This document shows, in pieces, positions 10,370-17,942 of a stretch of DNA of 64,000 nucleotides. The position numbers and the translations under genes were made by a program. Position 1 is the stretch's first letter; each line of letters begins with the position of its first letter. This DNA is from Myxococcota bacterium (GTDB lineage: Bacteria > Myxococcota_A > Polyangia > Nannocystales > Nannocystaceae): assembly GCA_039028615.1 (NCBI GenBank), contig JBCCHT010000028.1, positions 1 through 64,000 of the forward strand. Direction: 5' to 3'. The notes under the pieces were generated by a model, which did no database searches, was not told the origin of the DNA, and saw only the letters and a list, made by a program, of their open reading frames with translations.

Positions 10370-11926
10370 CTACTGGCAGCCGATGGGATCGGGCACGTAG
10401 ACCTGGACCGACTTGGAGAAGTTGCGCCAGTTCAGCTCGGCGTCGACCTCACCCGACACGCTGGCGTCGTCGTAGGGCAGCGCGGTGCCGTCGGCGAAGG
10501 CCAGACCGATGCGCGGGTACAGGTAGTTGTCCCACAGGTCCTCCATGTCGGTGATGCTGGTCTCCTCGGGGCACAGCGGGAAGGCCGTGACCGCGCCGAA
10601 CACCGGAGCCGTGGAGCCACCGAGGGTCTCCCCCGCGGTCATGGCCACCACGTAGGGCGCCGCCGTGCCACCGCAGCCGCGGCAGCGGGTCTCCGCGTCG
10701 GAGGCGTAGACCATGTGGTTGCCGTCGCTGCTGCCGGTACCGAAGTCCCACTGGTCGCAGGTCAGGAAGCGGTCGTCGTAGCCGCCGGTCGCGGGCGGCA
10801 CGAAGTTGGGCTCCTGGCACAGGTTGGTGATGTTCCAGCTGTTGCCGTTGACGGGGTCCTGCTCGAAGAACCAGTAGGTCTGGTCGTTGAGCACCGCACA
10901 GGGCACGCGCACGTCGGCCCCGTTGTTGATGAACTCGGTGCGGCTGAAGCACTCGACCAACATGCCGTAGTCGTTGTCGGTGTTGGAGAAGATGTGCCCC
11001 CACGCGCCGTGCGAGATGATGCCCTCGGGCGTGGACAGGGTGACGCGACCGTCGACCTCGTCCTCCAGCTCGATCTCGCCGAAGAGCTTCCAGCCGGTCT
11101 CCAGCGAGGCACCGAACAGCTCGGTGCGCTCGCCCGTCTCGAGCTCGGACGCGCCCAGGACCGGGAAGCGGTCGCCCTCGATGCGAATGCGCGCGGGCGG
11201 GTCGAAGACCACGTCGCGGGGCTGAATGGTCCACAGCGGTCCGAAGCCGTCCTCGGGGATGGCCATGGGCGCCTTGACCTGGTCGAGCAGGGTGAGGGTG
11301 ATCTCCTCCTGCGCGTCGTCACCCACGTGGATCGAGCCCGGCTCGACTACGAGGGTGACGCGGAAGTCGTTGCCGTACTGCGTGTCGTTGGTGACCCAGG
11401 TCAGCTCGCCGCCGTTGGTGATGAGCTCGTCGGTGATGGCGAAGCCCTGGCCCTGGCGCGGCACGAAGGCCGTCTTCATGGGTAGGCTCGCCCCTTCGAC
11501 CATGTCCTCGGCGATGATGAACTCGTCGAGCGTCGCGGGCAGCAGGTGGATGTGGTCGCCCTCGGCGGTGCCGAGCGGAGCGAGATCCTCCTGGGGGGCC
11601 GAGAACAAGACGGTGACCTCTTGGTCGGCGTCCCACGCCTCGCGAACGCGATCGGTGGGGATGTCGAGGGTGTAGTGACCCTCGGCGTTGGTCATGGTGG
11701 GCTCGGTGACGGGCACGGACCCGATGGCGAGCACGACCTCGGCGTGGGCTACGGGCGCGTCGTCGGTGTCCAGCAGCTGGCCGGTCAATCGCGTGGTGGG
11801 GCCGTCCTCTTCGACGATCGCCTCGGCATCGTCCACGGGACCCAAGTCATCGCCGCCCACCGCACACGCGCTCGCTGCAATGAGGGTGCTGCCAATGAGA
11901 CTCCAACCAATCAGAGTGTTTCGCAT
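10370..11926 (-). CDS. large acidic lipoprotein with carboxypeptidase-regulatory-like domain and Cys-rich C-terminus
   Basis: MRNTLIG...ASAC lipobox; LTGQLLDTDDAPVAHAEV..TNAEGHYTL typical of CarboxypepD_reg-like beta-sandwich; host-like codon usage. Confidence 0.7.
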   Translation of the reverse strand: MRNTLIGWSLIGSTLIAASACAVGGDDLGPVDDAEAIVEEDGPTTRLTGQLLDTDDAPVAHAEVVLAIGSVPVTEPTMTNAEGHYTLDIPTDRVREAWDADQEVTVLFSAPQEDLAPLGTAEGDHIHLLPATLDEFIIAEDMVEGASLPMKTAFVPRQGQGFAITDELITNGGELTWVTNDTQYGNDFRVTLVVEPGSIHVGDDAQEEITLTLLDQVKAPMAIPEDGFGPLWTIQPRDVVFDPPARIRIEGDRFPVLGASELETGERTELFGASLETGWKLFGEIELEDEVDGRVTLSTPEGIISHGAWGHIFSNTDNDYGMLVECFSRTEFINNGADVRVPCAVLNDQTYWFFEQDPVNGNSWNITNLCQEPNFVPPATGGYDDRFLTCDQWDFGTGSSDGNHMVYASDAETRCRGCGGTAAPYVVAMTAGETLGGSTAPVFGAVTAFPLCPEETSITDMEDLWDNYLYPRIGLAFADGTALPYDDASVSGEVDAELNWRNFSKSVQVYVPDPIGCQ

Positions 11927-12137
11927 CGCTGTTTTGTCTCCCCCGGTGTCTTTATCCCCGCACTTTCCAACCGCGCCCCCCTCCCAAGGGGACAACGTAC
12001 GGTGATGTGCGACACCTGGCCCCAGGGTAGGAGAAGCCCCTGGATCCGCAAGCACATTTTGTAGGAGAGACTCCAATTTTTGCCGAACGGTTCCGTATCT
12101 CGGCGTCGATCACGCCGAACTGGTCCTAGGGCCTCGA

Positions 12138-12163
12138 ATTTTGGGGTTTGAGGGCCCCAAAAT
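12138..12163. promoter_or_regulatory. perfect 9-bp inverted repeat ATTTTGGGG-N8-CCCCAAAAT in divergent intergenic region
   Basis: Read directly from the sequence; lies in lower-GC spacer 11927-12282. Confidence 0.4.
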
Positions 12164-12282
12164 CTCCGGTTTGAAATCGAGCCTCGGCCCGCGCGGCCGG
12201 TAGACGGCAAAAACGCTCGGGTGTCGCAACCTGACGCGCGGCGTACGTCCCTTTGTTTGGACCCCCAAGGAGTTTCGATCCA

Positions 12283-13185
12283 ATGAAGGCTGCCCCCGCC
12301 CGCCTGCTGTGCCTCCCATTGCTCGCCGCCCTCGCCCTCCCCGCTTGCGGCAATGGCAAGGCTGCCGGTTTCTTCAAATTCGAAGGTCACATCACCAAGA
12401 CCAAGATGAATGCCGATGGCACCACGACCACCGAGCATCAAGAGTTCGACAACTGGGACGACATGAAGGCCGCGCTCGAGGTCTCCTCCAAGGAGCTTCG
12501 TGCCACCACCAAGGAGCTCATCACCAAGCTCACCGAGGCCCCGCCCCCGGGCCAGGTGCACCTGAGCGATCTCTCCCCCGCCCTCGCCAACTACGAGGGC
12601 AACGCCAACTTCGACTTCCTCGCCACCGCCGACAGCGACCCCGAGCATCCGGCGTTTTCCTACGTGCGCATCGGCGTCCCCAGCTACGACGACTTCTTCC
12701 AAGCCGCCGCCGAGTTCCACGCGTTCGTCTATCAGACCAAAGAGTCCATTCTCAAGCTCACCACGATGGCCCGGGCCCGCATCCAGGCCACGGCCAACGG
12801 TCGCGTCAGCGCGGAGATCAGCCTCGGCGACCTGGTCGCGCTGGCCCTGCGCCAGACCGGCGACAAGGGCAAAGCGGTCGACGGAGCCCTCGGCGGAGCG
12901 CTGGGTGAGGCCGGCGAAGGTGTGCCCGACGACCTCATCGAGATGCGCGACCTGGCCCTGTCCATCGGCAAGTCGGCGCCGCAGTTCGTCGAGAAGACCC
13001 AGCGCCTGATCCAGACCGGCCGTCAGCTGGTGGTGGCCGCCCCCTCGTCGATCACCAACCCCAAGACCGTCCTGCACATCGACCTCATCGTCAAAGGACT
13101 CGAGGACTCGGTGCTGGTGGTCGGCGACAGCGGCAAGCTGCTCGGTGGCCTGGTCAAGGAGCTATCGACGCTGCGCAAGGGCTGA
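12283..13185 (+). CDS. hypothetical helical lipoprotein
   Basis: SD AAGGAG upstream; lipobox LPAC; host-like codon usage. Confidence 0.75.
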   Translation: MKAAPARLLCLPLLAALALPACGNGKAAGFFKFEGHITKTKMNADGTTTTEHQEFDNWDDMKAALEVSSKELRATTKELITKLTEAPPPGQVHLSDLSPALANYEGNANFDFLATADSDPEHPAFSYVRIGVPSYDDFFQAAAEFHAFVYQTKESILKLTTMARARIQATANGRVSAEISLGDLVALALRQTGDKGKAVDGALGGALGEAGEGVPDDLIEMRDLALSIGKSAPQFVEKTQRLIQTGRQLVVAAPSSITNPKTVLHIDLIVKGLEDSVLVVGDSGKLLGGLVKELSTLRKG

Positions 13186-13278
13186 GCCTTCAACCGGCTC
13201 CGCCCGCGCGTGATCGCGATCAACGGCGGGCGAAATTCGTGGGTAACGGAAGAGCACGAAAGGGGCCATGGGTCGTTG

Positions 13279-13944
13279 ATGACGCGACCCATGCCACCGT
13301 ACCGCCCCCTTCCCCTCGCATCGCTCCTGCTGGGCCTCGCGACCCTGAGCGCGTGCACCGATCGCCCGACCGACGATGCCGGGCTCGATGAGCCCGACGC
13401 CTCGACCGGGCCCGCCACGCCGATGGAGCCCGCCGACGACGGGTCCACGGGTGACGTGTCGGCGACCTCCGCCGGGCTCGACGACACCACCGCGTCCGAC
13501 GAGACCGAAGGCCTCGACGACACCACCGAGGGCAGCACGGGCAACGACCTGCCCGAGCTGTGCGAGCCCTACCTCGACCTCAACCAATCCGATACGCAGC
13601 GCTGCGGCCTGACCCACGTGAACTTCGAGTGGCGCAGCGGCAGCCTGAACCTCGCCTCGAAGTGTCAGCTGGCCGCAGCCGCGCCGTGCATCGCCAGCCG
13701 AGGGCTGCCGCTGTACCTGGAGGCTCATACGTCCTCGGGCGAAGGCGACGATGCACCGCCGATGCAGGCGCAAGAGTTCATGATCCAGCTCGCCGACGAC
13801 CGAGGCGAAACGGTCAGGCGCTACCTCGAGAACTGGGGCGACGTCCCGCCCGAGCAGCTCGCGGTCATCGTCAAGGGCGGGCTGGAAGCATCGGACCCCG
13901 ACCTTCCCGAAGAGCGACGCGTCGAGTTCGTCTGGGCTCGCTAG
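13279..13944 (+). CDS. OmpA-like domain lipoprotein
   Basis: Lipobox LSAC, D/T-rich linker, VNFE..S, LEAHT, LADDRGETVRRYL, ERRVEF. Confidence 0.7.
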   Translation: MTRPMPPYRPLPLASLLLGLATLSACTDRPTDDAGLDEPDASTGPATPMEPADDGSTGDVSATSAGLDDTTASDETEGLDDTTEGSTGNDLPELCEPYLDLNQSDTQRCGLTHVNFEWRSGSLNLASKCQLAAAAPCIASRGLPLYLEAHTSSGEGDDAPPMQAQEFMIQLADDRGETVRRYLENWGDVPPEQLAVIVKGGLEASDPDLPEERRVEFVWAR

Positions 13945-14117
13945 CGCGCCTTCGAAAGCCCACGAAATCGGGCGACGTCCCGATCGAGGCATGGCGTAAA
14001 ATGCCTATGGGTTGGCTCGAAGTGAGAGTGTTCGCTTCGAGTCGCGACGCAATACTCCGAACGAGGGATGGCATGGCCGCGACGATGCGCGGCGCCGTTC
14101 CTCGCGAGGAGTGATCG

Positions 14118-15707
14118 ATGGACGACGACCAACGAATGAAGTGCTACGAGCCGGGGGGCAAGCCGCTCGAGCCCTTCTGCTACAACCCACAGCTCAACGC
14201 CGGGCCCAAAGGCCAATACACCGCCGAGTACCAGGGGCCCGACTACGCCAGCGGCGGTGTCCAACTCGGGGACGTATCCGTGTTCATGGGGCTCGAGCCC
14301 ACCACGCAGGCCGCGGAGGTCTTCGCCGAAAACGGTTCGGATAGCTTCAGCCAGTGCTGGGCCGACGATGCGCAGAAACACCTCATGGGCAAGCTGCTCG
14401 GGTGCAATGCAGACCAATGGAGCCACGAGACGCGCCCGGTCGACGGAGCGCAGGAAACGGTCTGCACCTCCCGCTTCAGCGCGCCCGTGGGCGACCTCCC
14501 CCCTCAATACGATGGCGACCTGAAGAACTGGGAGTACGGGCCCACCGAAGAGCCGCTCTTCCTCGACTTCAGCGAGGGCATCAACGGCGAGGTCGGCATG
14601 ATCACCGTGGGCAACAACAAGGGCGGCGGCATCCCCAACGCCAACCGCAACAACTGGGACGACAACGTCGAGGTCGTGTGGGATGAAAGCCTCGGCAAGT
14701 ACGTCTGCCAGCTCGACACCTATATGGTCGTCAAGGGCAAGGGCAAGGACGCGGTGTGGGCCATCAAGAACACGGGCGGCCTGATCACCACCAAGATGTA
14801 CGCTTCGGGCTCGTACGAGGTCCGAGCCAAGATCCCGAAGGCATCCGGCCTCGTATGGGCGATGTGGACGTTCTGGACGGCCGAGACCGACAGCGACCGC
14901 ACTCCCGATCCCACCAAGCACGACCCGTGTGCCGATTCGCGAGACTTCGTGGAGAGCAGCAGCGGCTCGCCTTTGTGGGTGGACCGCACCACCGATCCCG
15001 GGACGCTGCTGCCGCAGCGCGGCAAGGAGATGCCCAATCACGAGATCGACATCGAAATTCCGTCCAATTCCCCGCAGACCGTCGACCCGAGCCATCACCC
15101 GGGCAAGGCGGACAAGTACGACACGCTCAACATGAACTGCTATCGCTGGACCAACGGCAATGGCACGGGCACCTACAACAACCTGTTTGCCCACAACAAA
15201 GCGGGCGACTTTCTGGGCGACGGCGAATACCACACGTACCGCTTCGACTGGCATACGGGCGATCCCGAAAAAGGCATCGCGCCTCGAGTCGACTTCTACT
15301 TCGACGATCAGTACATCGGCACGAACGACGCCATGGTCCCGTACATGGCGGGCCGGCTGTGGGTGATGCTCTGGGCCCCGAACAACGGCCAAGCGGGCGG
15401 CAACGGCTCGTGGAACGGAGTCGTCGACCAGAGCTTCCATGGCACCGAGCTCCCCCCGGAAGGCACCATCGCTCGGTATGCGCGCGTGCTCGTCGAGCAT
15501 GTCCGCGTCACCCCCTACGGCGAGGCGAACGATCGCTATGCGTCCTCGCCCTACGATCAGCCCGCCATGGGTACGGGCCAAGGCTGCACGGACTGCGGCA
15601 AGAAGAACCCGGCGGGCACGACCTCGATCCTGCCGTACTCCACGAAGGACCCGCACGCGCCCGGTGGGATCGAGTGGATCAAAAAGGGGGCTCCCACGAA
15701 ATCGTGA
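14118..15707 (+). CDS. glycoside hydrolase family 16 protein
   Basis: SD GAGGAG; GSYEVRAK, GLVWAMW, catalytic EIDIE, YHTYRFDW, VDFYFDD. Confidence 0.8.
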   Translation: MDDDQRMKCYEPGGKPLEPFCYNPQLNAGPKGQYTAEYQGPDYASGGVQLGDVSVFMGLEPTTQAAEVFAENGSDSFSQCWADDAQKHLMGKLLGCNADQWSHETRPVDGAQETVCTSRFSAPVGDLPPQYDGDLKNWEYGPTEEPLFLDFSEGINGEVGMITVGNNKGGGIPNANRNNWDDNVEVVWDESLGKYVCQLDTYMVVKGKGKDAVWAIKNTGGLITTKMYASGSYEVRAKIPKASGLVWAMWTFWTAETDSDRTPDPTKHDPCADSRDFVESSSGSPLWVDRTTDPGTLLPQRGKEMPNHEIDIEIPSNSPQTVDPSHHPGKADKYDTLNMNCYRWTNGNGTGTYNNLFAHNKAGDFLGDGEYHTYRFDWHTGDPEKGIAPRVDFYFDDQYIGTNDAMVPYMAGRLWVMLWAPNNGQAGGNGSWNGVVDQSFHGTELPPEGTIARYARVLVEHVRVTPYGEANDRYASSPYDQPAMGTGQGCTDCGKKNPAGTTSILPYSTKDPHAPGGIEWIKKGAPTKS

Positions 15708-15715
15708 GAGCCCCC
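15686..15715. terminator. GC-rich hairpin between convergent GH16 and rtcB
   Basis: GGGGGCTC...GAGCCCCC stem preceded by AAAAA (U-tract on minus strand): plausible intrinsic terminator for the rtcB transcript. Confidence 0.6.
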
Positions 15716-15722
15716 GACGGGC

Positions 15723-16853
15723 TCACCCGCCCTTGAACACCAGCAGCGGAGTGAGCCGGCGAATCGCTCGGGTCAGGTCACGCTGGGCCCGCATGACCTG
15801 CCCGATGTCCTTGTAGGCCCCGGGCGCTTCCTCGAGCAGCCTCCGGCTCAACCGGCGGTCGAACCAGATGCCCTCCATGGCGTCGGAAAGCTGAGCCCCA
15901 GTGATCCGACGCCGAGCCACCGACCGCGACATCGCGCGGCCGGCCCCATGCGAGCTCGTGCACAGGGCCGCCGTGCACCCGCGCCCCTCCACATGAAAGC
16001 TCGCCGTGCCCATCGAGCCCGGGATGATGCCGAGCTCGCCCGCTCGGGCCGAGATGGCGCCCTTGCGATGGACCCACAGCGCCTGCCCCTCATGCGTCTC
16101 ACGACGGACGAAGTTGTGATGGCAGGCCACCGTGCTGTCCTCCCGAGCCCGAACGCCGAACCGAGCGGCGAGCACCTCCGCCACCCGAGCCACCATGCGC
16201 TCCCGGCTGCGCGCAGCGTAGTCGAGCGCCCACTCGAGATCGGACAGATACGCTCGACCCGCATCGGAGTCGGCCTCGAGCACCGTGATGCCCGCTCGGT
16301 TGCGCCGCCCCTTGCGTTCGTGGGCCTGACGAATGGCCTGGCCCATCCCGCGCGAGCCGCTGTGCACCATCAGCCACAGCCCGCCCGCGTCGTCGGCCTG
16401 GAGCTCCACGAAGTGGTTCCCCCGGCCCAAGGTGCCGAACTGCAGCGCTGCCTCGCGCTCCTTGGTGGCTTCGAGGGCCGCGTCGCTCAACGTACGCTCG
16501 GCGAGCGAGGCCGGCAGCTGCACCCCCGCGGAACGACGATGCCGCATGATGGGGACCGTCTCGTACAGCCCCTCGAGCAGCGCCGCCGCGTGGGCTGCAT
16601 CGGCGAGCAGCTCGGCCGGAGCCTCGAAGGCCACCGCCGCCATGCCGCACCCGATGTCCCCACCGACGGCGGCCGGACACAGCGTGCGCCGAGTCGCGAG
16701 CGCGACCCCGACACAGACCTCCTTCGACAGGTGCACATCGGGCATGACCGCGACGCGGTGCACGTCCTCGTCGCGAGCCAAGCGATCGATCGCCTGCTTC
16801 ACGTCCGCAGACAGCGGCTCCGCCACCCACTGGTGGACCTCAGTACGAATCAT
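15723..16853 (-). CDS. rtcB: RtcB family RNA ligase
   Basis: MPDVH, VGGDIGCGM, GTLGRGNHFVE, HSGSRG, HHN, HRKGA, PGSMG, SSHGAGR, EEAPGAYK all present; SD GAGGAGG. Confidence 0.95.
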   Translation of the reverse strand: MIRTEVHQWVAEPLSADVKQAIDRLARDEDVHRVAVMPDVHLSKEVCVGVALATRRTLCPAAVGGDIGCGMAAVAFEAPAELLADAAHAAALLEGLYETVPIMRHRRSAGVQLPASLAERTLSDAALEATKEREAALQFGTLGRGNHFVELQADDAGGLWLMVHSGSRGMGQAIRQAHERKGRRNRAGITVLEADSDAGRAYLSDLEWALDYAARSRERMVARVAEVLAARFGVRAREDSTVACHHNFVRRETHEGQALWVHRKGAISARAGELGIIPGSMGTASFHVEGRGCTAALCTSSHGAGRAMSRSVARRRITGAQLSDAMEGIWFDRRLSRRLLEEAPGAYKDIGQVMRAQRDLTRAIRRLTPLLVFKGG

Positions 16854-17271
16854 CGTCGTCCTCCTCGGGGTGCAGCAACACCGCAGCCGGCGTCACGATG
16901 AAGTGCAGATGTGGCGTCCGCTTGCGGTGCAGCGCTCCCGCGATCTCCGATCGCAGCAGCCCTCGCGCCGCATCCAGGTGCGTGCGCACCTGCGCCGCTC
17001 GCTCGGCCTCGTCGACGATGACCTGCACGAGCAACGAGCGCCCGCCCGGCTCGGGCCTCACCGCGTTCACCCACAGCCCCTGCAAGACAGGGTCGTGGAG
17101 CTCTCCGCCCAGGGCGATATCCAGCCGTCGCTGAACCTGACGGCACATTTGTAGAGTTTTGATGTCGGTGTCGGTCTGTCCTCCAAAGAAAAGGGTCTGA
17201 AGGTCCGGGGCATGCTCGCTCGGGACCTGGTGACGGGAGCCTCGCTTCCGTCGGTTGCGTTTCGAAGTCAT
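16840..17271 (-). CDS. RbfA-like protein (ribosome-binding factor A paralogue)
   Basis: DPVLQGLWVNAV..LLVQV..LDAARGLLRSEIAGALHRKRTPHLHF matches the RbfA KH-fold signature (L..A.G.lR..l...l..R.tP.L.F); basic N-tail; overlaps rtcB start by 14 nt. Confidence 0.8.
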   Translation of the reverse strand: MTSKRNRRKRGSRHQVPSEHAPDLQTLFFGGQTDTDIKTLQMCRQVQRRLDIALGGELHDPVLQGLWVNAVRPEPGGRSLLVQVIVDEAERAAQVRTHLDAARGLLRSEIAGALHRKRTPHLHFIVTPAAVLLHPEEDDDDSY

Positions 17272-17278
17272 TGTCGAT

Positions 17279-17448
17279 GGACTCTCACTGCGGCCACGCC
17301 AAACCGGCGCGACCCACTGGGGTAACGAAAGAGGGTGAGAGCCTCGGGTCCACGGGCACCACGCACGCAAATGCAGGCGTAGCTGCGCTACACCGACACT
17401 CCACGCGTAGTGAGGCCTAGGGGCGGCCTAGCGTCGTACGGGCGTGGA
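17279..17448 (-). promoter_or_regulatory. putative translational attenuator (segments 1:2, 2:3, 3:4)
   Basis: seg1 UCCACGC (17448-17442) pairs seg2 GCGUGGA; seg2 GUGGAGUGUCGG (17404-17393) pairs seg3 CCGAGGCUCUCAC (17347-17335); seg3 GGCUCUCAC pairs seg4 GUGAGAGUC (RBS region of RbfA-like gene). Confidence 0.6.
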
Positions 17449-17490
17449 AACGAGGCTCGACTTCGATCCGCTGGTGACAAGGGGCTGCAT
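17428..17490 (-). CDS. putative 20-aa leader peptide MQPLVTSGSKSSLVSTPVRR
   Basis: GGAAAGGAGG SD 6 nt before ATG at 17490; TAG at 17430-17428; below ORF-track size cutoff. Confidence 0.65.
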   Translation of the reverse strand: MQPLVTSGSKSSLVSTPVRR

Positions 17491-17546
17491 GGTCGTCCTC
17501 CTTTCCTCGTCGCTCGCCGATGCACTCGGCCGACTACGACCGACGA

Positions 17547-17575
17547 AAACTAGGGGGCAGCCTCCACCCTGTCAA
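17547..17575 (-). promoter_or_regulatory. sigma70-type promoter TTGACA-N17-TAGTTT
   Basis: Perfect -35, 17-nt spacer, TA---T -10; about 55 nt upstream of leader ATG. Confidence 0.7.
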
Positions 17576-17832
17576 GGGAGTTTGCGCCGGGCTGGTCGTG
17601 TCCAAGACATTGCGGTTCACGACGAACCGAAGCACCGACCCCGCGTCGCGTCGGTCGCATCCAAGGCCGCGAGCGATGCATCGTCGGAGACGCGGATGCC
17701 GAGTCACCCCGCGCGGCGAATCAACCGCCGCGATCGAGGGCCTGCGCGGCCGCGAACGAACCAAAATCGCGCACATTCCGCAGCGCCCGAGCGTTCCTTC
17801 CAAGGTCACACTCGGCCCTCCGCACCAAAGCC

Positions 17833-17860
17833 TTGACTGCCTCGCAGACATGCTTAGTGT
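17833..17860 (+). promoter_or_regulatory. possible promoter for htpG, TTGACT-N16-TAGTGT
   Basis: Consensus-like hexamers about 80 nt upstream of htpG start. Confidence 0.35.
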
Positions 17861-17942
17861 GCGGCCGCATCCTACTGGCGACGGTTGCGCGAGGACCCCG
17901 TCCCCCGCCGTCGCCAAGGCCCAGCCCACCGAGGAATCTCCC

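Noticed and set aside
17428..17490. Macrolide arrest motif (R/K-X-R/K) in the leader peptide
   Set aside because: The peptide ends PVRR and has no +X+ triplet, so the inducer cannot be assigned
17520..17942. N-terminal extension of HtpG in the ORF track
   Set aside because: Hsp90 homology and an SD begin at GTG 17943; the upstream part holds promoter-like elements
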